The position numbers were made by a program, and so were the translations under genes. Shown one piece after another: positions 1-8,823 of a stretch of 64,000 nt of DNA. The notes beneath the pieces are model-generated. The model made no database searches and was not told the DNA's origin. It worked only from the letters and a program-made list of their open reading frames with translations. This stretch comes from Clostridiales bacterium (GTDB taxonomy: Bacteria; Actinomycetota; Coriobacteriia; Anaerosomatales; SLCP01), in NCBI GenBank assembly GCA_018333995.1, contig JAGXSG010000008.1:207210-271209 (forward strand), written 5' to 3'. The first letter of the stretch is position 1; each line of letters starts with the position of its first letter.

Positions 1-1
1 C

Positions 2-328
2 GAGAGTATTGAGGGTTTCTCCGGAGCGGAGGTCTTCAACCGGTTGCTTGAGACGCTCGCCGCGCTACGGGACTACGACACGATCATCTTGCTTGCGAGC
101 GACTGGAGGATCGAGCTGGTCGAGCGCATCTTGGGCCGCGAGGTGATCGCGGTCTCGCTCGGCCCGTCACCGCTTCGGGAGGATGTCACGGTCGACATCG
201 GTGAGATCACGCAGCTGCTCACGGGGATCGGATCGGCGCGCGCGCCACGTCCACGCAGCGGCAGGGTGAGCGCCGCGCTGAGGCAGGCGGCCGAGAGGGC
301 CGGGAGGTGGACACCGTCAAAGAGGTAG
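2..328 (+). CDS. 3' end of a gene truncated by the window edge; product unknown
   Basis: The frame is open from base 2 to TAG 326-328, so the track ORF 44..328 is only its distal part. No motif I recognise. Confidence 0.4.
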   Translation, partial: ESIEGFSGAEVFNRLLETLAALRDYDTIILLASDWRIELVERILGREVIAVSLGPSPLREDVTVDIGEITQLLTGIGSARAPRPRSGRVSAALRQAAERAGRWTPSKR

Positions 329-1242
329 TGAGCGTGTCCCTCGGTTCTTCGGTTCGCGACCACGTGGTCGAGATCGAGCTTCTTGGCGAGCGGTTCCGGC
401 TTACGCGGGAGGGCTTCGATGGCGACACGCGGCGGGCGGCGGACCGGCTCGAGCTCCTCGACGGCCAAGTAGACGCCCTCAGTCTTGGCGGCATAGATCG
501 CTACCTGCGGGCGGCTGGCCGCGACTACCACTTCCGCGCCACCCGCAAGCTCGCAGCGCGGGTGCACGAGACGCCGCTCGTGTGCGGCGCGGCGATCAAG
601 GGCCCGCTTGAGCACGCGGCGGTGCGCTACATGACCGAGACGCTCGGACTCGATCTTGCGGGAAAGCGGGTGCTCGTGACCTCGGCGGTTGACCGTTATG
701 GATTGGCCGAGGGCTTTCACGAGGCCGGGTGCGCGATGGCCTACGGCGACTTGCTCTTCGCGCTGGGGTTTCCCGTGCTTATACGCGACAAGGTGACGCT
801 CGACCGAACGATCCGTGTCGTCGCCCCTATCGCGGCGCAGCTGCCCTTCTCGTGGCTCTATCCCACAGGAGCGGCGCAGGACAGGCCACCGTCAGTGAAA
901 CGGGCTCATCTCTACGATGAGTTCGACATCATCGCTGGCGACTATCAGTACGTTCGCGCGTTCATGCCAACTGATATGACCGGCAAGTGGGTCGTCACCA
1001 ACACTACGACCGCTTCCGATGTTGAGTTCCTGAGAGATCGTGGTGTGGGACTGTTAGTCACCACGACTCCGCGGCTTGGCGGACGCTCCTTTGGCACAAA
1101 CGTGATCGAGGCTGCGCTCGTCGCGCACGCGGGCGCACCCGCAGAGCTCACAACAGACGAGTACCTCCGTCTTATCGCGGAGGCGGAAATCAGGCCCGAT
1201 GCGCGGTGGCTCCAGGGCTCTAACGGAGTCATTCAGGGATGA
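307..1242 (+). CDS. conserved protein of unknown function (family often auto-annotated as quinate 5-dehydrogenase; unverified)
   Basis: 311-aa ORF with GTG 307 (alternative GTG 328). The N-terminus VVSVSLGSSVRDHVVEIELLGERF..REGFDGD resembles, from memory, a conserved Firmicutes/Actinobacteria family. No catalytic motif can be assigned. Confidence 0.55.
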   Translation: MDTVKEVVSVSLGSSVRDHVVEIELLGERFRLTREGFDGDTRRAADRLELLDGQVDALSLGGIDRYLRAAGRDYHFRATRKLAARVHETPLVCGAAIKGPLEHAAVRYMTETLGLDLAGKRVLVTSAVDRYGLAEGFHEAGCAMAYGDLLFALGFPVLIRDKVTLDRTIRVVAPIAAQLPFSWLYPTGAAQDRPPSVKRAHLYDEFDIIAGDYQYVRAFMPTDMTGKWVVTNTTTASDVEFLRDRGVGLLVTTTPRLGGRSFGTNVIEAALVAHAGAPAELTTDEYLRLIAEAEIRPDARWLQGSNGVIQG

Positions 1243-1465
1243 TAACGCCGATGGGCATTGTCTTTGCTCCTGTTCATGCAGGTTGGTCAGGGACGCGTTT
1301 GTGTGTTTGTGGTCAAGACGTCCCGGTGGTACTATTCAAGTGTTCAGGCATCTAGCAGGCGTTCGGAGCGGCACTCCCCAACTCCGGCCTCGTGACTGCG
1401 CGTGAGCGAGGCTCCCGGCACGGAATCCGGGGTATAAGGCTCCATCTCGAAAAGGAGTTGATCTT

Positions 1466-2140
1466 GTGAACAAGCGCGCAAGGAATCGTCTCATCGGTGT
1501 GACCGTCATCCTCGTGATTTCAATCGGAGCTATCTTCATGAGCGTGGGTGCCACTGACGGGGCGTACTCGCGCACGGTGAGTGATATCGTGGACAAGCCA
1601 GAGGCTGTCGGCGAACGCGTAAAGGTCACGGGGACCGTCGTACCCGGCTCGTGGGACGGGAAGTCGAGTCCGATGACGTTCGATATCCGCAACGAGGGGG
1701 CTACGGACGGACCGGTGCTCAGCGTGGTGTACACCGGCGCTGTCCCCTCGACCTTCGGTGACGAAGTGACCGCGATCGTGACGGGAGTCATGAACGAAGA
1801 GGGCATCTTCGAGTCAACCGACATGAAAACCAAGTGTCCTTCGAGGTACGAATCTGCGGACAACGCGATTAGCGTGGCATCGTTGTTCGCGCTCGGCGAT
1901 TCGGTTGTCGGCAAACCGGTTCAGCTCACCGGATTCGTCGTTGCGGGCACGATTAAGCCCCCGGGCGGCCAGGTGCGGTTCTCTATCGCCGATGAGGGCG
2001 GCTCGCCTTCCATCGACATCGCCTATCCTGACGGCGCGCTCGCCGACGGCATGGAAGACGGCTCCCAAGTCGTTCTCGGCGGGGAGTACGATGCGGACTC
2101 CGGCCTGTTCAAGGCGACCAGCGTGGCGATGGCCGAGTAG
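1466..2140 (+). CDS. ccmE: cytochrome c maturation haem chaperone CcmE, Cys (CxxxY) variant with duplicated OB-fold
   Basis: RBS AAAGGAG lies 8 nt before GTG 1466. It has an N-terminal TM helix (LIGVTVILVISIGAIFM) and an OB-fold ending in K-C124-P-S-R-Y128 (nt 1835-1849), where canonical CcmE has HxxxY. Residues ~137-224 repeat the fold. It is the first gene of the ccm operon. Confidence 0.85.
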   Translation: MNKRARNRLIGVTVILVISIGAIFMSVGATDGAYSRTVSDIVDKPEAVGERVKVTGTVVPGSWDGKSSPMTFDIRNEGATDGPVLSVVYTGAVPSTFGDEVTAIVTGVMNEEGIFESTDMKTKCPSRYESADNAISVASLFALGDSVVGKPVQLTGFVVAGTIKPPGGQVRFSIADEGGSPSIDIAYPDGALADGMEDGSQVVLGGEYDADSGLFKATSVAMAE

Positions 2141-2268
2141 GCCGACGCCCGGGCGCGAGAAACGGTAGAATCGTTGCGCCGTAGGCGCGGCGCGTCACTG
2201 ACGGCACCGATGAAGTGTCTGCGTGGGCCGAGTGGTTCGCGGGACGACAGGGAAGTGGAGTAGAGCGA

Positions 2269-4311
2269 ATGGCCAATCTCGGCAGCCTGTTCATGGGACT
2301 CGCCCTTGTGGCGGCACTCCTATCCATCGGCGCGATATTCTTGGGCCGCAGAATGGGTCCAAAGGAAGGCGAAGGGCTCACAAACACCGGGTATCTAGCG
2401 ACGTATGGCATTCTGATCGGTATCACAGGCGCCATCTCGGTTCTCACGGCGGCGTTTCTTCAGGAGGATTTCACGCTCGAGTACGTGGCGCAGCATCACT
2501 CGACTGACGTCTCGGCGCTCCAGTGGGTCTATAAGGTCGCCGCGGTGTGGGCGGGCAGAGAAGGGTCGCTGCTTTTCTGGGCATGGCTCCTCGCGATATT
2601 CGCGGCATACATTGCGTACAAACGCAGTTCGTTCACGGATGACCTCTCCAACGTCTCCCTTGCGGTCCTCAACTTCGTGCAGATATTCTTCATCACGGCG
2701 CTCTTCATCCCCCTGAACAATCCCTTCAAGCTTTCTCCGGAGCACTGGGTCGGCCCCGGGGGCGAGCTTCTCATCAGCGGAGGCATGAATCCGCTGCTGC
2801 AGCACTGGGCGATGACACTCCATCCACCCACACTGTTCGTGGGTTACGCGGGAATGGCGGTTCCGTTCGCGTTCGCGTTCGGCGCGCTCATCGTCAACGA
2901 CCCATCTAAGGCCTGGGTAGAGATTGTCGATCGCATCACGGTGTTCGCGTGGCTGTTTCTTGGGCTGGGCAATGGACTTGGCGCGGTGTGGGCTTACGTG
3001 GTCTTGGGCTGGGGCGGGTACTGGGCGTGGGATCCGGTCGAGAATGCCTCGTTCATCCCGTGGCTTACGGGTGTCGCACTCCTGCACTCTTTCACCGTGT
3101 ACCGGCGGCGTGGCGGTTTCAAGAAGTGGGCGGTGGCGCTTGCTGTCATCAGCTTCGTGGGGGTTATTCTTGGCACCTTCATTGTCCGTTCGGGCATCGT
3201 GCAATCGGTTCACGCGTTCACGCAAGACGAGCTGTCGTTCTGGTGGTTCCTTGCGATGATGGTAGGGTCACTGGCAGCGGTAGGGGTGGGCCTTCTTTAC
3301 CGGGGAGATTCGTTCAAGGGCGCGGACGAGTTCGACAGTCTCACCTCGAAGGAGTCCTCGTACTACTTCAACAACGTGCTCATGCTCGTCGCGGCGGTCG
3401 TGATCGCGGCGCTCACGCTTTCTCCCGCGTTGGGCGGTAAGACCTACGGACCGGCTACGTACGACGCGATAGCCCGTCCGGTAGGTATTCTGTACTGTTT
3501 CATCATGGCGGTCTGTCCGCTGCTCGCGTGGCGAAAGACTGACCCGAACGTCTTTTTTGAGAAGATCAAGTGGCCGCTCGTCTCGACAGCGGTGATCTCA
3601 GCCGCGCTCATCTACCTGTGGTGGACCGTGATGTGGCCGCACTACTTGTTCACCAAGCCTTACGCCGATCCGTTGACATCGCTTGCGGCGTGGGAGGCGA
3701 TCATCGGCCTCATAGTTGGCGCGCTCGCCGTAAGTGTTGCGGTGTGGCTCTTCATCGAGGGTGGCCGCAGGCGAGCCGCCGCGAAGGGCGAAAGTTTTGG
3801 CGCGGCGCTCTGGGCGATCGTAACCAAGGCCCGCACCCAATCAGGTGGCTACCTCGCTCACCTCGGCGTTGGAATCATTCTGATCGGCCTTGTGGGCTCT
3901 TCTATGTTCGTGAAGGATATGAAGATCTCGATTCCCGATGAACCTGGCGCAAGTTTCGAGGTCGGAGGGTACGACTTTGTGTATCAGGGTGTCGCGACCG
4001 AGACGCTGGCCAACGAAGACACTCGCACCCAGCTCACATTCGCGGTCTCACGCGATGGTGAGTCGCGCGGAGTTGCCACACCGGGGCAGAGGCGTTACGC
4101 CCAGCAGGAACAGACGCGGTTCCACGTCAGCGTCATCGTCGAGCCGCTGCGTGACATCTTCGTTGTGTACGAAGGTTTCGACGAAGCGGGCAACATCCAG
4201 TTGAATGTGAAGATCAATCCGCTCATTAGCTGGGTGTGGTTCGGCTTCGGGCTGCTGAGCGTTGGCACCGTGCTCGCAATGTGGCCGAAGCGCCGCCTTG
4301 AGGCTGCCTGA
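2269..4311 (+). CDS. ccmF: cytochrome c haem lyase subunit CcmF
   Basis: Large polytopic membrane protein with the tryptophan-rich WWD signature WAWDPVENASFIPWL. ATG 2269 (RBS GGAAGTGGAG) is preferred over track start 2215. Confidence 0.9.
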   Translation: MANLGSLFMGLALVAALLSIGAIFLGRRMGPKEGEGLTNTGYLATYGILIGITGAISVLTAAFLQEDFTLEYVAQHHSTDVSALQWVYKVAAVWAGREGSLLFWAWLLAIFAAYIAYKRSSFTDDLSNVSLAVLNFVQIFFITALFIPLNNPFKLSPEHWVGPGGELLISGGMNPLLQHWAMTLHPPTLFVGYAGMAVPFAFAFGALIVNDPSKAWVEIVDRITVFAWLFLGLGNGLGAVWAYVVLGWGGYWAWDPVENASFIPWLTGVALLHSFTVYRRRGGFKKWAVALAVISFVGVILGTFIVRSGIVQSVHAFTQDELSFWWFLAMMVGSLAAVGVGLLYRGDSFKGADEFDSLTSKESSYYFNNVLMLVAAVVIAALTLSPALGGKTYGPATYDAIARPVGILYCFIMAVCPLLAWRKTDPNVFFEKIKWPLVSTAVISAALIYLWWTVMWPHYLFTKPYADPLTSLAAWEAIIGLIVGALAVSVAVWLFIEGGRRRAAAKGESFGAALWAIVTKARTQSGGYLAHLGVGIILIGLVGSSMFVKDMKISIPDEPGASFEVGGYDFVYQGVATETLANEDTRTQLTFAVSRDGESRGVATPGQRRYAQQEQTRFHVSVIVEPLRDIFVVYEGFDEAGNIQLNVKINPLISWVWFGFGLLSVGTVLAMWPKRRLEAA

Positions 4312-4322
4312 CGGCGGCGCTG

Positions 4323-5057
4323 ATGACCGCCGCCGCATCAGTCGAAACCCTCGCCGTGGAGGTCCGGGATCTCTCCCGGACCTTTGGCGCGCGCAAGGCT
4401 CTCGACAAAGTGTCGTTCGATCTGCCTACGGGCTCGTTCCTCTCGATCTTCGGACCCAACGGCGCGGGTAAGACCACGCTCGTCAAGGTGCTCACTACCC
4501 TTACGGCGCCATCTGCCGGCTCGGCGCGGGTCTGCGGGCTTGACGTGGTTGCCGACGCCGTCCAGCTGCGCGAGCGCATTGGGCTCATCAGCCATAACCC
4601 GCTCCTCTACCCGGATCTCTCGGCCGAGGAGAACTTGCGGTTCTTCGCTGACATGTACGGGATCGATGATCCGGCCGACCGCGTGCGCGAGCTGCTCGTG
4701 GCCGTCGAGCTCGATCACCGCCGCCTCGATCTCGTCCGTACCTTTTCGCGCGGTATGTTGCAGCGGCTCTCGATAGCGCGCTCGCTGCTGCACGCGCCGG
4801 ATGTCCTGTTCCTCGACGAGCCGTACTCGGGCCTCGATCCGCATGCGGTTGAGATATTCGATTCCCTCATCGCCCAGATTCGTGCGGATCACACATTCGT
4901 CATGATCAGTCACGACCTTGCGAAGGGACTCGAGCTGTGCACGCACGCGCTCATCCTCGCGCGAGGCGCATTGGTCCTCTCGGCGGCAAGGAGCGAGATC
5001 GACGACGAGGTTTTTGCGATGACGTACCGTACCACTGTGGGGACGGGGGTGGCGTGA
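4323..5057 (+). CDS. ccmA: haem exporter ABC ATPase CcmA
   Basis: Walker A GPNGAGKTT, signature-like SRGMLQRLSIA and Walker B VLFLDEP. It sits immediately upstream of ccmB/ccmC. Confidence 0.85.
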   Translation: MTAAASVETLAVEVRDLSRTFGARKALDKVSFDLPTGSFLSIFGPNGAGKTTLVKVLTTLTAPSAGSARVCGLDVVADAVQLRERIGLISHNPLLYPDLSAEENLRFFADMYGIDDPADRVRELLVAVELDHRRLDLVRTFSRGMLQRLSIARSLLHAPDVLFLDEPYSGLDPHAVEIFDSLIAQIRADHTFVMISHDLAKGLELCTHALILARGALVLSAARSEIDDEVFAMTYRTTVGTGVA

Positions 5058-5058
5058 C

Positions 5059-5814
5059 GTGGCCGAGCCAGCTGTGATATCTGCGCGCACGTCTGTGAGG
5101 ACTATGCCATCGGGCGCGGCGCTCTCTTGGCGGCAGTACCGCGCGATACTTCGCAAAGACATTGTCATGGAGTTGCGCACCAAAGAGATGGTGACCTCCA
5201 TGGGTATCTACGCGTTGCTCACGATGGTCATCTATCAGGTCGCCCTGTCTCAGGCGGGTACCGCGTTTGATCCACGTGACATAGCCGCTGGGTTGTTGTG
5301 GCTCGCCTTCGTATTTACGAGCATGCTCGGTTTGAACCGTTCGCTCGTCCACGAAAAGGACCAGGGATGCCTGGAAGCGTTGCTGCTATCGCCGGTTGAC
5401 CGTCCAATTGTCTTCTTCGCCAAGGCGAGCGGAAACGTTATATTCCTGCTTATCGTCCAGTTCCTGACGATTCCGGTGTTCGCGTTTTTGTTCCTGCAAG
5501 ACAGCGCGTACGGGGGAGATCTGTGGATGATACCTTTGGCGCTGTTTGGCGGAGCGATCGGGATCGCGGGCGTGGGCACGCTCCTCGCTACTATGTCGGT
5601 AAACACTAAAGGCAAGGACTTCGTGCTTGCGGTACTCTTCGTTCCGCTCATGTACCCATTGCTGCTCGCGTGCGTGTCGGCCACAAGCGCCGCGGTGCTC
5701 GGAGGCGACGGACACGTCCAGCAGTTCTGGGCCGGCATGGCGCTAATCGTCGCATACGATGCCATCATGATCGGGGTTGCGTTCGCGCTCTACGAGTTTG
5801 TGTTGGGCGCGTGA
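5059..5814 (+). CDS. ccmB: haem exporter membrane subunit CcmB
   Basis: Hydrophobic multi-TM protein starting 1 nt after the ccmA stop, with size and position typical of CcmB. Start is GTG 5059 or ATG 5104. Confidence 0.8.
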   Translation: MAEPAVISARTSVRTMPSGAALSWRQYRAILRKDIVMELRTKEMVTSMGIYALLTMVIYQVALSQAGTAFDPRDIAAGLLWLAFVFTSMLGLNRSLVHEKDQGCLEALLLSPVDRPIVFFAKASGNVIFLLIVQFLTIPVFAFLFLQDSAYGGDLWMIPLALFGGAIGIAGVGTLLATMSVNTKGKDFVLAVLFVPLMYPLLLACVSATSAAVLGGDGHVQQFWAGMALIVAYDAIMIGVAFALYEFVLGA

Positions 5815-5857
5815 TGCGCCCGGACCTGTCCGCGCACCGCCGCTGAGGAGGCGAAAG

Positions 5858-6610
5858 GTGAGACAACTCAGAGTCGCTCTCGTGCTGTTGCTGGTAGGAG
5901 GGCTACTGACGACCGTTGCGTTCGTAATGGCGTTTACCACCGCCGAGATGCAGCGGTTTGGCACGGTCACGCTTGATGAGCCGGTCGACACCGCCTTTCC
6001 ACTTCGAGAGGTCAACGATAGAGGCTTCGTATACGAGCGGCCGTGGTTCAGCCAGAAGATATTCTACTTTCATGTGCCGGTAGCCCAGGCGTCGTTCCTC
6101 GTGTTTGGCGTGGCTGCGTTTTACTCGATCCGTTTTCTCGCCAAGCGCCGCAAGGCCGACGATACCAAGGCGCTGATCGCCATGGAGGCCGCGATCATCT
6201 TTGTCATGCTCACCATGATCACTGGCATATTGTGGACGAGAGCGGCGTGGGGCGTGTGGTGGGAGTGGGAGCCTCGGCTGACCACGTACTTCATCATGAC
6301 GCTCATGATGATCGGCTACTTTGTCTTACGAAACTCAATAGAAGACGAGGAGCGCCGAGCGGTGTACGCGGCGGCTTTCGGTATTATCGCCTTCGTAAAC
6401 GCGCCGATATCGTTCTTCATCACACGGCTCGTCCCGTCGAGCCATCCGGCTGGTGTGTTCCAATCCGACTTCGCGACGTCTAATCTCATCCCGTTCCTCA
6501 TCGCTCTGGCCGGGATGTTGATGCTCGGCTATGCGATCTACGCGATCCGGATGAACGAAGTCAGGCTCGAGGAGCGCGTGGAAGTTCTGAAGAACTCGCT
6601 TGAACAGTAG
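5858..6610 (+). CDS. ccmC: haem exporter / haem-handling protein CcmC
   Basis: WWD motif WGVWWEWEPRLTT with flanking TM helices. GTG 5858 is preceded by GAGGAGG; track start 5777 overlaps ccmB and is unlikely. Confidence 0.9.
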   Translation: MRQLRVALVLLLVGGLLTTVAFVMAFTTAEMQRFGTVTLDEPVDTAFPLREVNDRGFVYERPWFSQKIFYFHVPVAQASFLVFGVAAFYSIRFLAKRRKADDTKALIAMEAAIIFVMLTMITGILWTRAAWGVWWEWEPRLTTYFIMTLMMIGYFVLRNSIEDEERRAVYAAAFGIIAFVNAPISFFITRLVPSSHPAGVFQSDFATSNLIPFLIALAGMLMLGYAIYAIRMNEVRLEERVEVLKNSLEQ

Positions 6611-6637
6611 AGTGCTACCGCGAAGGAGGGCGTAACG

Positions 6638-6823
6638 ATGGACCCGATGAATCTTGAGTTGTACCGGTTGGTGCTCGCGGACGCGCCGTTCGTCATCGGC
6701 GCGTACGCTATCCTATGGATGGCGCTCGTTGCTTACGTAAGCATGGTGTTCATGCGCCTCATGCGCCTCGAGAAAGAGGTCACCGTGCTGGAGGAGTCGC
6801 TTGAGCGGCGCTCTGACGGATAG
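6638..6823 (+). CDS. ccmD: small single-TM protein, CcmD-like
   Basis: 61 aa with one TM helix (FVIGAYAILWMALVAYVSMVF) and a strong RBS GAAGGAGG, directly after ccmC. The call rests on size and position; the sequence is not diagnostic. Confidence 0.6.
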   Translation: MDPMNLELYRLVLADAPFVIGAYAILWMALVAYVSMVFMRLMRLEKEVTVLEESLERRSDG

Positions 6824-6898
6824 CCGATCGCTTCTGGGAACGTCGTGGTAGCCGGATATCGCGGACATGGGGCTCGGAGTTGAGAGAGGAGGTGCGTG

Positions 6899-7744
6899 AT
6901 GGAGCAAGCGGCTCTCGTGTGCTTTTGGTTCGCGATGTCGCTTTACCTGGTTGCGATGGTGTTGTACGTGTACCACTTCGTCGCGAAGCGCGCGCTCTTC
7001 TCGTGGTACGCCACTTTCGCGACGGGATCAGGCTTCATCGCGCATACCGCCGCGATCGCGCTCCATGGAGTAGCAAACAACCAGATCCCAATCGTCGGCG
7101 CGTTTAACTCGCTCTCGCTAGCCGCATGGGTGCTCGTGCTCATCTACTTCATCGTCGAGCACATCGTGAAGCTCAAACTCTACGGAGCGGTGTTGCTTCC
7201 ACTCGCCTTCGTCTCGATGGCGATGGCCCAGATCTCCCTGGGCGATGGCGAAGGGATCGCGCTTAGCAAGGATGCGGTCGAGCAGCTTGACAGCTGGCGA
7301 GTCGCGATGCACGTCGCACTCATCATGGTCGCGAACGCGGGGTTTGCCGTTGCGGCCGCGGCCTCCGCGCTTAATCTCGTCGTCGGGGGGCAACTCAAGC
7401 GGCTCAAGTCGACCTCACTGATACGACGCCTTCCCTCACTCACCCAAACACAAGTCCTGGCGCGGCGGGCTATCATGCTCGCGTTTCCTGTATACACCGC
7501 AGGCATTTTGCTTGGCATCATTAGGGCGATCGAGTTTGGCCTCGAGTATTGGTGGTTCGACCCGCGCGTGATGCTTTCGGGAGTGGTGTGGGCGATCTTC
7601 GGTTCTTACCTGATGCTGCACTACCGCCGCCGCGCTTCGGGGCGTACGCTTGCCTGGCTGGCTCTAGCGGGTCTCGTGGTGGTTATTGTCCTCGCGGTGC
7701 TCGCCCGGACGCTTCCCGCTGGTTTCCACATCTTCGGGTTGTGA
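6899..7744 (+). CDS. cytochrome c assembly family membrane protein (CcsA/HemX-like)
   Basis: Polytopic protein with the overall pattern of the CcsA/CcmC/HemX family. It has a degenerate W-rich segment LEYWWFDPRVMLSGVVW and RBS GAGAGGAGG before ATG 6899. It is the last gene before a terminator-like hairpin. Confidence 0.7.
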   Translation: MEQAALVCFWFAMSLYLVAMVLYVYHFVAKRALFSWYATFATGSGFIAHTAAIALHGVANNQIPIVGAFNSLSLAAWVLVLIYFIVEHIVKLKLYGAVLLPLAFVSMAMAQISLGDGEGIALSKDAVEQLDSWRVAMHVALIMVANAGFAVAAAASALNLVVGGQLKRLKSTSLIRRLPSLTQTQVLARRAIMLAFPVYTAGILLGIIRAIEFGLEYWWFDPRVMLSGVVWAIFGSYLMLHYRRRASGRTLAWLALAGLVVVIVLAVLARTLPAGFHIFGL

Positions 7745-7761
7745 CAAGCTGATGGTGTCCG

Positions 7762-7803
7762 CCCGCCGCTTCGCCGTTGTTGTGAAGCGGGCGAGTGTTT
7801 TCT
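7762..7803 (+). terminator. putative intrinsic terminator of the ccm operon
   Basis: Stem CCGCTTC (7766-7772) pairs with GAAGCGG (7784-7790) around an 11-nt loop. There is imperfect GC extension, and a TTTT run follows at 7798-7801. Confidence 0.4.
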
Positions 7804-7826
7804 CATAGGGCCGGGAGGGTTGGACG

Positions 7827-8642
7827 GTGTTTCGCGGCGCGCATGTGATCGTGACGGGGGGTTCGAGCGGGATCGGTCTCGCGTGCGCCAAGGCGCTCGC
7901 GGATCGCGGCGCGCACATCGCACTCGTGGCGCGCGACGCGGGCCGACTCGAGATCGCGCGAGGGAGCGTCGCCGAGCGCTGCGCGGACTCTTCGCAGGTG
8001 GTCGTCACCCGCAGCGCCGACCTGTCGTCGTGGGAGGCCACCCAAGAAGCGTTCAACACCCTGTCCGAGGAGGGCTTCACTCCGCGCATCCTCATCAACT
8101 CAGCAGGCGTCATCATCCCCGGGGAGTTCTCGGCGATGTCGCTCGCGGACTTCGAGGCGAACATGACCGCGGGATTTTGGAGCGTGGTGCACGCGTGCAA
8201 GGCGGCTGTCCCGCGGATGATGGCTGCGAGCGCAGGTCACATCGTCAATGTCTCGTCGGTCGCGGGTTTCCTCGGCATCTACGGGTACACGGGGTACGCG
8301 GCGGCGAAGTACGCGACACTCGGCTTCACTGAGGCGCTCAGGTTCGAGCTCAAGCCGCATGGCATCACGGTCTCCGTGGTCTTGCCGCCCGATACGGACA
8401 CACCGGGGCTCGTGTACGAGAAGACGCTCCGGCCGACAGAGACCGAGGCCATCGCGGCTGCGATCAAGCCGATTGCAGCGGAACGCGTGGCGGCAGCGGT
8501 GATCCGTGGCATCGAACGCAAGCGCTTCCATATCATCCCTGACGCGACCAGCCGTTTCTACTTTCGCTTCAAGGGACTGTTGCCGGAGGTATTCTTCCAC
8601 ATCGTTGATGCCGACATAGCGAAAGCGCGACGCATGCGCTGA
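7827..8642 (+). CDS. short-chain dehydrogenase/reductase, 3-ketodihydrosphingosine-reductase-like
   Basis: TGGSSGIGLA Rossmann motif, YAAAKYA catalytic YxxxK, and the segment VVLPPDTDTPG, which I recall as characteristic of KDSR-type SDRs. RBS GGGAGGG precedes GTG 7827. Confidence 0.8.
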   Translation: MFRGAHVIVTGGSSGIGLACAKALADRGAHIALVARDAGRLEIARGSVAERCADSSQVVVTRSADLSSWEATQEAFNTLSEEGFTPRILINSAGVIIPGEFSAMSLADFEANMTAGFWSVVHACKAAVPRMMAASAGHIVNVSSVAGFLGIYGYTGYAAAKYATLGFTEALRFELKPHGITVSVVLPPDTDTPGLVYEKTLRPTETEAIAAAIKPIAAERVAAAVIRGIERKRFHIIPDATSRFYFRFKGLLPEVFFHIVDADIAKARRMR

Positions 8643-8643
8643 T

Positions 8644-8664
8644 GGAGCGGCGTTTCGCCGCTCC
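8644..8664 (+). terminator. GC-rich hairpin right after the SDR stop (possible terminator, no U-tract)
   Basis: Perfect 9-bp stem GGAGCGGCG / CGCCGCTCC with a TTT loop. The downstream sequence is not T-rich. Confidence 0.35.
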
Positions 8665-8770
8665 TCGCGAAGAGAAGCGAGATTGCTGTTTGGACGGCGG
8701 GGATGGTACAGTATATGTGTTCAGGCGACGTGCAGAAGGTGCGTGACTACTGTGTCATGTGTGTTGACAC

Positions 8771-8823
8771 CGCCCTCGCCGGGCCTGCTTGCCTGAACAA
8801 CACGCACCGCTCCGGCGAGGGCG
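8771..8823 (+). promoter_or_regulatory. strong stem-loop in the hemA 5' leader (function unknown)
   Basis: Perfect 12-bp inverted repeat CGCCCTCGCCGG (8771-8782) / CCGGCGAGGGCG (8812-8823) with a 29-nt loop, 37 nt upstream of the hemA ATG. Confidence 0.4.

Noticed and set aside
1199-1405. 68-aa Cys-rich ORF in the gap upstream of ccmE
   Set aside because: It overlaps the end of the preceding gene, has no RBS, and has an Arg/Cys-rich composition typical of a random frame. The gap more likely holds the ccm promoter and 5' UTR.
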